A DNA stretch of 64,000 nucleotides from Clostridia bacterium (GTDB lineage: Bacteria > Bacillota > Clostridia > Oscillospirales > CAG-272): NCBI GenBank assembly GCA_017461365.1, contig JAFTYG010000056.1, forward strand, positions 7,089-71,088, in the 5' to 3' direction. Position 1 is the stretch's first letter; every line of letters begins with the position of its first letter. The notes under the pieces were generated by a model that saw only the letters and a program-made list of their open reading frames with translations, was not told the origin of the DNA and ran no database searches. Position numbers and translations under genes: made by a program. Positions 1 through 8,009 of this stretch are shown piece by piece.

Positions 1-98
1 AGGATGAGACGGGCGAGTCGTTTTCAAGAGAAAGGATACTTGCGAACGCGCCCGAGCAGCTTGAGGGATGCTACGTTGTTCCCAAGATCGTTGAGTGA
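1..98 (+). CDS. gatC: Asp-tRNA(Asn)/Glu-tRNA(Gln) amidotransferase subunit C, C-terminal fragment (5' end outside window)
   Basis: Frame 3 reads ...ERILANAPEQLEGCYVVPKIVE* with TGA at 96-98, 10 nt before the gatA ATG. This is a GatC-like C-terminus in the canonical gatC-gatA-gatB order. Confidence 0.7.
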   Translation, partial: DETGESFSRERILANAPEQLEGCYVVPKIVE

Positions 99-108
99 GG
101 TGTGCCAT

Positions 109-1566
109 ATGAGTAGCTTATACGAATACGCAAAGCAGTTAAAAGAAAAAAAGGTGTCGTCGGTCGAGCTTACACGCCACTATCTTGACCGCATAGAGCG
201 GATAGATCCCACACTCGGAAGCTATATCACCGTTTGCCCCGAGGAGGCTATGGCGGCGGCAAGAAAGGCGGACGCGCGCATTGCAAAGGGAGACGCCTCT
301 TACCTTACGGGAATTCCCGTAGGTATCAAGGATAATATCTGCACCGAGGGCATAAAAACGACCTGCGCCTCAAAAATGCTTAACAATTTCGTACCGCCGT
401 ACGACGCGACGGTAATAAAAAGGCTCAAGGACAGCGGCGCGGTCATTCTCGGAAAGCTCAATATGGACGAATTTGCCATGGGCTCTTCCACAGAGACGTC
501 GTATTTTAAAAAGACCAAAAACCCTTACGATCTCTCTTGCGTTCCCGGAGGCTCGTCGGGAGGCTCTGCCGCCTGCGTTTCTGCCGATCTCGCTGTCTTT
601 GCGCTCGGTTCGGACACGGGAGGCTCTATACGTCAGCCCGCGGCGTTTTGCGGAAATATCGGATTTAAGCCTACCTACGGGCTTGTGTCGAGATACGGAC
701 TTATCGCGTTCGCATCCTCTCTCGATCAGATAGGAGCCTTTACAAAGGACGTAAGAGATTGTGCCTATGCGCTCGGCGCTATCGCGGGGCATGACAGCCT
801 CGATTCTACCTCGGCGGATATTGAGTATCCCGACTATACAAAAGCCCTTGAGCTCCCTATGAAAGGAATGAGAGTGGGCATCCCCGAGGAATACATGGGA
901 GAGGGAATACAGCCTGAGATAAGAGAGGCTGTCGAGGCGGCGGCTCGGCTTTACGAGCAGATGGGAGCAGTTTGCGAAAAATGCTCGCTTCCGCTGTCGA
1001 AATACGCGCTCCCCGCGTATTATATTATATCCTCGGCAGAGGCAAGCTCAAATCTCGCAAGATTTGACGGTATCAAGTACGGTTACAGAGCCGAGGGTTA
1101 CCACGGACTTACTGAGCTTTACGAAAAAACACGCTCCGAGGGCTTTGGAGAAGAGGTAAAGAGAAGAATAATGCTCGGAACGTATGCTCTGAGCTCGGGC
1201 TATTACGACGCCTACTATAAAAGAGCGCAGCAGGTAAGAGAGCTTATCAGACGCGATTTTGCGGCTTGCTTTGAAAAATATGACGTTCTGCTCACACCCA
1301 CCGTGCCCGCAACGGCGTTTAGGTTTGGCGAAAAGGCAGATCCCGTGTCGATGTATATGGGCGACATCTGCACTGTCGCGGTAAATATCGCGGGACTTCC
1401 CGCCGTCAGCATTCCAGCAGGTCTTGATAAAAAGGGAAGACCTATGGGCATACAGCTTATCGCAAACAGCTTTGAGGAAACAAAGCTCATCTGCGCCGCA
1501 TATTCGTACGAGAGGGAGACGGGGTATGATATGCTTCGCCCCGAGATCGGAGGTGAGATAAAATGA
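109..1566 (+). CDS. gatA: Glutamyl/aspartyl-tRNA amidotransferase subunit A
   Basis: Amidase signature GGSSGGSAA..GSDTGGSIRQPA. I place the start at ATG 109 (MSSLYEY...), because the track ORF start at 4 runs through the gatC stop. The stop overlaps the gatB start (ATGA). Confidence 0.95.
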   Translation: MSSLYEYAKQLKEKKVSSVELTRHYLDRIERIDPTLGSYITVCPEEAMAAARKADARIAKGDASYLTGIPVGIKDNICTEGIKTTCASKMLNNFVPPYDATVIKRLKDSGAVILGKLNMDEFAMGSSTETSYFKKTKNPYDLSCVPGGSSGGSAACVSADLAVFALGSDTGGSIRQPAAFCGNIGFKPTYGLVSRYGLIAFASSLDQIGAFTKDVRDCAYALGAIAGHDSLDSTSADIEYPDYTKALELPMKGMRVGIPEEYMGEGIQPEIREAVEAAARLYEQMGAVCEKCSLPLSKYALPAYYIISSAEASSNLARFDGIKYGYRAEGYHGLTELYEKTRSEGFGEEVKRRIMLGTYALSSGYYDAYYKRAQQVRELIRRDFAACFEKYDVLLTPTVPATAFRFGEKADPVSMYMGDICTVAVNIAGLPAVSIPAGLDKKGRPMGIQLIANSFEETKLICAAYSYERETGYDMLRPEIGGEIK

Positions 1567-2987
1567 CCTATGAAACGGTTATAGGCTTGGAGATACACGC
1601 AGAGCTTGCTACCAAGTCGAAGATATACTGCTCCTGCTCCACTGCCTTCGGAGCGGACGTGAACACACATACCTGCCCTATATGTACGGGTATGCCGGGC
1701 ACGCTCCCTGTGCTCAATAAAAAGGTCGTGGAATACGCCGTAGCCGCAGGGCTTGCAATGAACTGCGATATAACCGAATACGGCAAGCAGGACAGAAAGA
1801 ATTATTTTTATCCCGATCTGCCCAAGGCGTATCAGACGTCGCAGTACGATCTGCCCGTGTGTAAAAACGGATACCTTGATATAGAGACGGACGGCAAAGC
1901 AAAGAGGATAGGAATAACCCGTATCCACATAGAGGAGGACGCGGGCAAGCTTATACACGACAGAGTGAGCGGTGCTTCTCTTGTCGATTATAACAGATGC
2001 GGCGTACCGCTTATCGAGATAGTCACCGAGCCCGATATGCGCTCTCCCGAGGAGGCAAGGGCTTTCCTTGAAAAGGTCAAGTCGATATTGGAATATACGG
2101 GAGTTTCGGATTGCAAGATGCAGGAGGGCTCTCTGCGGTGTGACGTAAACCTTTCGGTTCGCCCCTCAGGTCAGGCGGAATTCGGAACGCGTACCGAGAT
2201 GAAGAATATAAATTCATTCAGCGCTGCGTTCCGCGCGATGGAAAACGAAAGAGAACGGCAGATAGAGCTGCTTGAAAAGGGCGAAATGGTCGTTCAGGCT
2301 ACGCGCAGATGGGATGACGCAAAGGGGGAGAGCTTTGAGATGCGCTCCAAGGAAGAAGCCCACGACTACAGATATTTCCCCGAGCCCGATCTTGTGCCGA
2401 TAGTGATAGATAAAGAATGGGTAGCAAAAATAAAAAAGGGCATCCCCGAGCTGCCCGATGAAAGAAAACACAGATATATCACCGAGCTCGGTCTGCCCGA
2501 ATATGACGCGAAGGTGCTGACAGCGTCAAAGGAGATGTCCGATTATTTTGAAAGGACCGTGGCGTGCGGTGCGTCGCCCAAGGCGGTAAGCAACCTGCTT
2601 ATGGGCGACGTTACAAGAATATTGCGCGAGCGCGAGCTTAGTGCTATTCCTTTCGCGTCCGAGAGTCTTGCCGCGGCTATATCGCTTTATGCCGACGGTA
2701 AGGTAAGCTCGGGAGCGCTCAAAAGGATAATCGAGGCGCTCTTTGACGGGGAGAAAGATCCCGAAAGAATAGCCAAGGAAAAGGGGCTCATTCAGGTAAA
2801 CGACGAGTCGGCGCTTGCTCCGATAATCGAAAAAATAATCGAGGATAACCCCAAGGCAGTCGAAGAGCTGCGCGCGGGAAAGGGAAAGACAATGGGCTTT
2901 TTCGTCGGTCAGGCGATGAAGGCATCGGGCGGAAGCGCAAATCCGCAGATAGTAAATAAGCTCGTAAGAGAGAAGCTCGGACTTTAA
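1563..2987 (+). CDS. gatB: Glutamyl/aspartyl-tRNA amidotransferase subunit B
   Basis: 474 aa. YETVIGLEIHAEL..., CPICTGMPGTLPVLN and a C-terminal GatB/YqeY domain (GFFVGQAMKASGGSANPQ). Confidence 0.95.
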   Translation: MTYETVIGLEIHAELATKSKIYCSCSTAFGADVNTHTCPICTGMPGTLPVLNKKVVEYAVAAGLAMNCDITEYGKQDRKNYFYPDLPKAYQTSQYDLPVCKNGYLDIETDGKAKRIGITRIHIEEDAGKLIHDRVSGASLVDYNRCGVPLIEIVTEPDMRSPEEARAFLEKVKSILEYTGVSDCKMQEGSLRCDVNLSVRPSGQAEFGTRTEMKNINSFSAAFRAMENERERQIELLEKGEMVVQATRRWDDAKGESFEMRSKEEAHDYRYFPEPDLVPIVIDKEWVAKIKKGIPELPDERKHRYITELGLPEYDAKVLTASKEMSDYFERTVACGASPKAVSNLLMGDVTRILRERELSAIPFASESLAAAISLYADGKVSSGALKRIIEALFDGEKDPERIAKEKGLIQVNDESALAPIIEKIIEDNPKAVEELRAGKGKTMGFFVGQAMKASGGSANPQIVNKLVREKLGL

Positions 2988-3853
2988 GGGCGCAAATTCA
3001 GAGCCTTTGGGATAGATGCGATAATATCTCTCGCCATCAAGGAATATTCCCCGAGGCTCTCTGCGGCAATATCCCCCGCAATGCCGTGAAGATATACCCC
3101 AAGCGATGCCGCATCGGTAAGCGTGATAGAGCCACGCTTGTTTTGCGCAAGAATGCCGCCGATAATGCCCGCAAGCACGTCGCCCGAGCCCGCCGTGGAC
3201 ATACCGTTGTTGCCGCTTGTGTTGACGTATATCCGCTCCGAGCCGTCCGATACGCAGGTGCGGTGGCTCTTCAGAACACAGACAGCTCCCGTGGCTTTAG
3301 CAAAGCCGTACGCGGTGCTTTCTCTGTCCGAGTTAATATCCGTAACCGACAGACCGCAGAGCCGCGACATCTCAAGCAGATGAGGCGTGATTATATTTCC
3401 CGACATATATTTTTTCAGGGCGGCGCTTTCGGATATTATATTGAGAGCGTCGGCGTCTATCACCACAGGAGCCGTCGCTTCTCTGAGAACAGTGCCGAGT
3501 ACCTTTCCCGACGCGTAAGATCTGCCGAGCCCACACCCGATAACTATTGCGTCAGCCCATTCGACAGCCTCCGAAATTGCAGTGAGATCGGAGCTCTCAC
3601 CGTCGTAAACGCTGACGATAGCCTCGGGCAGAGAGGTCTGCAAGGGGATAAGATTTTCTTTCGGCGTCAGTATCCGCACAAGTCCCGCGCCCGTTCTGTA
3701 TGCCGCGAGAGCAGAGAGATATGCCGCACCGCACATACCGACCGAGCCGCAAACGCAGAGCAGACGGCCGTAGTCGCCCTTGTTCGACTCCGCAAAGCGC
3801 GGCGGCATCATGGCGAGATCCTCCCGTGCGTATGAAAAAGCTGTGAGCTTCAT
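2984..3853 (-). CDS. nnrD: ADP-dependent NAD(P)H-hydrate dehydratase (YjeF C-terminal/carbohydrate-kinase-like)
   Basis: 289 aa. KGDYGRLLCVCGS.GM.GAAYL and GSGDVLAGIIGGILAQ motifs typical of the Nnr dehydratase domain. Confidence 0.85.
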   Translation of the reverse strand: MKLTAFSYAREDLAMMPPRFAESNKGDYGRLLCVCGSVGMCGAAYLSALAAYRTGAGLVRILTPKENLIPLQTSLPEAIVSVYDGESSDLTAISEAVEWADAIVIGCGLGRSYASGKVLGTVLREATAPVVIDADALNIISESAALKKYMSGNIITPHLLEMSRLCGLSVTDINSDRESTAYGFAKATGAVCVLKSHRTCVSDGSERIYVNTSGNNGMSTAGSGDVLAGIIGGILAQNKRGSITLTDAASLGVYLHGIAGDIAAESLGEYSLMARDIIASIPKALNLRP

Positions 3854-3982
3854 TGTTCTTCCTCCGTGATATTTCGTGATGATCTATATGGATATTTTAT
3901 CATATAGAAGAGAAAAAGTAAAGAAATTTTATTCCAAATCCGCCAAAAAGAAGAACTTTATTTAAGAATTTTCAAAAAACTC

Positions 3983-4011
3983 TTGACAATTGAACGAATA
4001 TAGATTATAAT
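3983..4011 (+). promoter_or_regulatory. sigma-A type promoter for yceD-rpmF
   Basis: TTGACA (3983-3988), 17-nt spacer, TATAAT (4006-4011). Confidence 0.55.
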
Positions 4012-4072
4012 ATGTATTGTCGCATTTTGTGTCAAGGAAAATAGATGCGGTGAGTATGCAGGAGGTGTGTAT

Positions 4073-4600
4073 ATGATAGTCGATGTCGCTCCGCTTCTCC
4101 GTGGAGAAGTGAAACGAATGGATATTGATTATATGCTTTCCCCCGAGCAGATGGACGGTATAAGCTTCGAGAGCGATGCCCGTGTGGTTGGCTGTATAAC
4201 AGACAGCGCGGGGTATATGCGTCTGTGCCTCAAGGCAGAGCTTAAATACCACGGAGAGTGCGCAAGATGTCTTGCTCCTGTGAACGGAGTTTTCTCTCTT
4301 GACTTTGAGCGTACGGTGGTTACCGAGGATCAGCTTACCGAGGAACAGCTTGACGAGCTGGACGATGAATACGTTCTGCTCGACGGCAGTGAGCTTGATG
4401 TGGATCTGGCGCTCCGCGAGGAGCTATTGCTCGGATTTCCGTCGAGGCTTCTGTGCTCTGAGGACTGCGAGGGGCTCTGCCCACGCTGCGGAAAACCGAA
4501 GAGAGAGGGCGATTGCGGATGTACGTTCAAGGAGATCGATCCGAGACTCGCAATACTCAAGACCTTTTTTGACAATGACGGCGAAGAGGATAACAATTAA
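4073..4600 (+). CDS. YceD/DUF177 family protein (ribosome-assembly-associated, upstream of rpmF)
   Basis: C-terminal CxEDCxGLCPxCG motif and conserved position immediately upstream of rpmF. ATG 4073 sits 7 nt after GGAGG (4061-4065). Confidence 0.85.
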   Translation: MIVDVAPLLRGEVKRMDIDYMLSPEQMDGISFESDARVVGCITDSAGYMRLCLKAELKYHGECARCLAPVNGVFSLDFERTVVTEDQLTEEQLDELDDEYVLLDGSELDVDLALREELLLGFPSRLLCSEDCEGLCPRCGKPKREGDCGCTFKEIDPRLAILKTFFDNDGEEDNN

Positions 4601-4650
4601 ATTTATATAAAGAAAAGTTGTGTTTTACACGCTTCAAGGAGGTGTAGATA

Positions 4651-4836
4651 ATGGCAGTACCGAAGAAGAAAGTATCAAAAGCTCGCAGAGATAAGAGACG
4701 TTCCAGCACATGGAAATTGGAGCTCCCCGGCATGACTAAGTGCCCTAAGTGCGGCGAATTCGTTTTGAATCACCGTGTTTGCAAGGCTTGCGGTTATTAT
4801 GACGGTAAGGAAGTCCTCAAGGTTGAGAGCAAATAA
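4651..4836 (+). CDS. rpmF: 50S ribosomal protein L32
   Basis: [17 protein letters not shown]... with CPKCG...CKACG zinc ribbon, 61 aa. GGAGG RBS. Confidence 0.95.
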   Translation: MAVPKKKVSKARRDKRRSSTWKLELPGMTKCPKCGEFVLNHRVCKACGYYDGKEVLKVESK

Positions 4837-4848
4837 TTGTTGTAAAAA

Positions 4849-4879
4849 GAACGGTTCTATATTGGGAGCCGTTCTTTTT
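4849..4879 (+). terminator. intrinsic terminator after rpmF
   Basis: Stem GAACGGTTC / GAGCCGTTC followed by TTTTT. Confidence 0.6.
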
Positions 4880-4895
4880 ATCAAAAGGAGAAAAA

Positions 4896-5534
4896 ATGAA
4901 GCTTTTTTACAGGATATGCGCGCTGTTGCTTGCCTTTGTGGCGGCGCTTTCTCTGCTTACCGCTTGTAAGGAAAAGGACGAAAATGCCGATACCGAGGAG
5001 CCCGAGACCTATTCGGGTATGCCCGAGTACGACGTCGAAAATATCGCAGAGTATATAGAGCCGTTCGAATATACGGGGCTTAACATATCTGTGGGTGAGA
5101 CGGAGTATGAAAGCGAGGTAGTCTGGAATACGATGCTGCGCTCCGCTAATATCATAAAATATCCTGCCCCTCAGGTCGAGTATTACGCCGAGCAGGAAAG
5201 GGCAAAATATCGGTATTACGCAAGCAGAGAGAACATAGAATACGGTACGCTTCTGGAGTCTCTCGGAGTTACCGAGGAAAGCATCTACGAGACGGCGCGC
5301 AGATATGTAAAGGATGACCTTGTGCTCGCTTATATTGTGACCGACGCGAATATTTCCCTTACGGACGATGAAAAAACGAGACTGACGTATAAATATGCCG
5401 AGAAATTGACCGAGGTCTACGGCTACGATGCGGAATACATAATGGAAAATATGACAGAGCAGGTGTACTACGCCATGCTTTACGATAAAACAATAGAATA
5501 TCTTATGGCAAATAATATCATAAACGTTGCCTGA
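4896..5534 (+). CDS. Lipoprotein of unknown function
   Basis: Signal peptide with lipobox LSLLTAC. 212 aa, acidic, no motif I recognise. Confidence 0.6.
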   Translation: MKLFYRICALLLAFVAALSLLTACKEKDENADTEEPETYSGMPEYDVENIAEYIEPFEYTGLNISVGETEYESEVVWNTMLRSANIIKYPAPQVEYYAEQERAKYRYYASRENIEYGTLLESLGVTEESIYETARRYVKDDLVLAYIVTDANISLTDDEKTRLTYKYAEKLTEVYGYDAEYIMENMTEQVYYAMLYDKTIEYLMANNIINVA

Positions 5535-5552
5535 CGGAAAGAAATTAGGATC

Positions 5553-6323
5553 ATGAAAATACTTGCTATCGGCGACATCGTCGGAACAAAAAGCATTGAA
5601 TACCTCAGAGAAAAGCTCTGGAAGATAAGAGAACGGTACGGCATAGACTTCGTTGTCGCCAACGGAGAGAACGCTACCGATATACACGGGCTCAGCGCCC
5701 CCGACGCGGAAGCTATACTTTCGGCGGGCGCAGACCTGATCACTCTCGGAAACCATACCTACGGCAGACGCGACATCTGCTCTCTCCTCGGAGACAGCGA
5801 GTGTATCATCCGCCCCGCAAATTACCCCGCCTTAGCCCCGGGAGGAGGATATACGATCCTCAACGTGTGCGGCTGGAAGGCTCTTTGCATAAATATCTTG
5901 GGAACGGCTCTTATGGAGTCGCTTGCCTGCCCCTTTGCCACAGTAGACAAGATACTGGAAAGGGAAGAGGGCAACTATGATTTTGCGCTCATGGATATAC
6001 ACGCCGAGGCGACCTCGGAAAAAATAGCGCTCGGCAGATACTTTGACGGACGCATACAGGTGATGTTCGGAACACATACCCACGTTCCCACAGCCGACGA
6101 GCAGATATTGCCGAGGGGAAGCGGATACATCACCGACCTCGGAATGACGGGCCCGACAAACGGAGTTATCGGAACCGATACGGCGGCTGTCATCGAGAAG
6201 ATGCGCACAAAGATGCCCGTTCGCTTTCGCGTAGCCGACGGAGAGATAGCGGCTATGGGAGCGATCTTTACGCTTGACACCGATACGATGACGGTGACCG
6301 ATGTCAAGAGAATAAGATTTTAG
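5553..6323 (+). CDS. ymdB: YmdB-family metallophosphoesterase (2',3'-cyclic-nucleotide 2'-phosphodiesterase-like)
   Basis: MKILAIGDIVG..., VVANGENA..G, GNHT, DIHAEATSEK and FGTHTHVPTADE motifs. 256 aa. Confidence 0.85.
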   Translation: MKILAIGDIVGTKSIEYLREKLWKIRERYGIDFVVANGENATDIHGLSAPDAEAILSAGADLITLGNHTYGRRDICSLLGDSECIIRPANYPALAPGGGYTILNVCGWKALCINILGTALMESLACPFATVDKILEREEGNYDFALMDIHAEATSEKIALGRYFDGRIQVMFGTHTHVPTADEQILPRGSGYITDLGMTGPTNGVIGTDTAAVIEKMRTKMPVRFRVADGEIAAMGAIFTLDTDTMTVTDVKRIRF

Positions 6324-6332
6324 GAGGGAAAA

Positions 6333-6719
6333 ATGAGTATCACTCCGAATAATTATTCAACTGCGGCGCTTGCGTACCTTGGAGACTCTGTAATAGAGCT
6401 GTGTGTCAGAGAGCACCTTGTGCGCGCGGGGCTGTCCTCGTCGGCAAGGCTCAACGCAGAGGCGCTCGAATACGTCAAGGCGTCAAAGCAGGCGGCGGCT
6501 ATGAAGAACATATTACCACTGCTTACGGAGGACGAGGAGGCTGTGTTCAGGCGCGGTAGAAATATGGGACATACCAATACGCCCAAGTCGGCAACGGTGT
6601 CGGAATACAGAGCCGCAACGGGAATGGAGACACTTTTCGGGTATCTTCACCTTTGCGGAAAAAACGAAAGAATAGCCGAGCTTTTCGCTGTTGCATATAA
6701 AACGACCGAAAATAATTAA
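6333..6719 (+). CDS. mrnC: Mini-ribonuclease III
   Basis: 128 aa. ALAYLGDSVIEL.VREHL and the RNase III-like catalytic core without a dsRBD. Confidence 0.85.
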   Translation: MSITPNNYSTAALAYLGDSVIELCVREHLVRAGLSSSARLNAEALEYVKASKQAAAMKNILPLLTEDEEAVFRRGRNMGHTNTPKSATVSEYRAATGMETLFGYLHLCGKNERIAELFAVAYKTTENN

Positions 6720-6757
6720 AAATAATAAAAAATAATTGAAAAAGGAAGTAACTACAA

Positions 6758-7264
6758 ATGAACAATCCTGTTATTAAGATCAACGTAAGAAATTTCGGAA
6801 CGATGACAGCGGAGCTTTATCCCGAGTCGGCTCCCCTTACTGTGGCAAACTTTGTAAAGCTCTGCGAGGCTGAGCACTTCAACGGACTTATATTCCACCG
6901 TGTTATCAAGGGCTTTATGATACAGGGCGGCGGATATACCGAGGATATGGAGGAAAGAGAAGCGGCATCCATTAAGGGTGAGTTCCGCGCGAACGGCTGT
7001 ACGACAAACAGCATAAAGCACACAAGAGGCGTGCTTTCTATGGCGCGTACGTCTATTCCCGACTCGGCATCCTCTCAGTTCTTTGTAATGCATAAGGACG
7101 CTCCCCATCTTGACGGTCAGTATGCCGCTTTCGGTAAGCTCACCGACGGCTTTGACGTGCTCGATGCTATTGCAAGCGTGGCGACAGGCAACTACGGCTG
7201 GTATATGCAGGACGTTCCCGCAGAGCCCGTTGTTATCGAGAACATTGAGGTAGTAAGTAAATAA
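6758..7264 (+). CDS. Peptidyl-prolyl cis-trans isomerase, cyclophilin type
   Basis: FHRVIKGFMIQGG..., SMAR...DSASSQFF. 168 aa. Confidence 0.9.
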   Translation: MNNPVIKINVRNFGTMTAELYPESAPLTVANFVKLCEAEHFNGLIFHRVIKGFMIQGGGYTEDMEEREAASIKGEFRANGCTTNSIKHTRGVLSMARTSIPDSASSQFFVMHKDAPHLDGQYAAFGKLTDGFDVLDAIASVATGNYGWYMQDVPAEPVVIENIEVVSK

Positions 7265-7272
7265 AATATTTT

Positions 7273-7312
7273 AACCGCCCTTGAGTAAACTGACGCAAAG
7301 GGCGGTTATTTC
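7273..7312. terminator. Hairpin terminator, member of the AACCGCCC...GGGCGGTTATTTCT palindrome family
   Basis: AACCGCCCTT (7273-7282) pairs with AAGGGCGGTT (7298-7307), followed by ATTTCTTTT. Confidence 0.7.
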
Positions 7313-7363
7313 TTTTGCTTTTTTGAAAAGTAGAAAATAATTCTACAAATTTTGTCAAACCTC

Positions 7364-7392
7364 TTGATTATTCTGTCGGAATATGGTATAAT
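7364..7392 (+). promoter_or_regulatory. sigma-A type promoter for small ORF
   Basis: TTGATT (7364-7369), 17 nt, TATAAT (7387-7392) with a TGG extended -10. Confidence 0.5.
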
Positions 7393-7452
7393 CATTATAC
7401 CGAGGATGAGCTCGGTTTTGCAATATGATTATATTGAAGAGGTGCGATTTGT

Positions 7453-7632
7453 ATGATGGATGGTACAAAATGCGGAGGATTTCCCAAGTCTTTTTTCGAT
7501 TTTACGCTATCGGAGATGTATATTATTTATCTCTTTCGGAACGATCCCGAGGTAAGACGCTTGCTCAACTATCTGTTTGAGCTTGGTATTGACGAAAATC
7601 CGCCACAAGAAGAACTTGAGGCGGATGAATAG
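7453..7632 (+). CDS. Small hypothetical protein (59 aa)
   Basis: Below the ORF-track cutoff. GAAGAGGTG RBS about 6 nt upstream of ATG. MMDGTKCGGFPKSFFDFTLSEMYIIYLFRNDPEVRRLLNYLFELGIDENPPQEELEADE. It has its own promoter. Confidence 0.4.
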   Translation: MMDGTKCGGFPKSFFDFTLSEMYIIYLFRNDPEVRRLLNYLFELGIDENPPQEELEADE

Positions 7633-7649
7633 AAATTTTATAAAATCTA

Positions 7650-7678
7650 TTGACAAATGGGAAAAAAGGATTTATAAC
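7650..7678 (+). promoter_or_regulatory. sigma-A type promoter (antitoxin-RNA-like side of degenerate type I TA locus)
   Basis: TTGACA (7650-7655), 17 nt, TATAAC (7673-7678). The promoter and the first ~16 nt of transcript match the minus-strand promoter region at 26262-26312. Confidence 0.5.
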
Positions 7679-7684
7679 GACAGC

Positions 7685-7774
7685 AGAGAGGCACCGAACA
7701 CCATACTTGGCTGAGCCTGTAACGTAGGCTCAGCGCTTAACAGAAGTCAAGCATCCCCTCACGGGCTTTCGCCA
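7685..7774. ncRNA. Convergently transcribed sense/antisense RNA pair, homologous to leader and antisense start of the 25.9-26.3 kb type I TA-like locus but lacking the toxin ORF
   Basis: The minus strand of 7690-7780 aligns by eye over ~90 nt with 25966-26050, including the identical GAGCCTACGTTACAGGCTC hairpin. It then jumps directly to CGGTGCCTCTCTGCT, which lies at 26262-26276 in the full locus. Confidence 0.4.
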
Positions 7775-7780
7775 AGGATT

Positions 7781-7808
7781 ATTATACCTACGACCTTGGA
7801 TTTGTCAA
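7781..7808 (-). promoter_or_regulatory. sigma-A type promoter (toxin-leader-like side of degenerate locus)
   Basis: Minus strand TTGACA (7808-7803), 16 nt, TATAAT (7786-7781). Confidence 0.5.
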
Positions 7809-8009
7809 CCAAAATAAAGATTTTCCTTGCTGTTACGGATTTTATACTTGCTTTACCGACTCTACCTACACAATACTTTCCGCAATAATAAGCAGTTATG
7901 CCTCGGATCGAACATTCATTATCACGTAAGTGATAAAATTAAAAGAAGCACCGACATAGTCAAGCTTTCTTTGCTATGTCGGTGTTTGTATTTTACGCTT
8001 TAATTTTTA

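Noticed and set aside
4-108. 35-codon N-terminal extension of gatA in the ORF track.
   Set aside because: It overlaps the end of gatC in another frame. The canonical GatA N-terminus begins at ATG 109.
7800-7945. Possible degenerate LRR-gene fragment (GTTACGGATTTTA shared with 8925-8940).
   Set aside because: The similarity is limited to ~13 nt. No frame gives a convincing LRR unit and stops occur in all frames.
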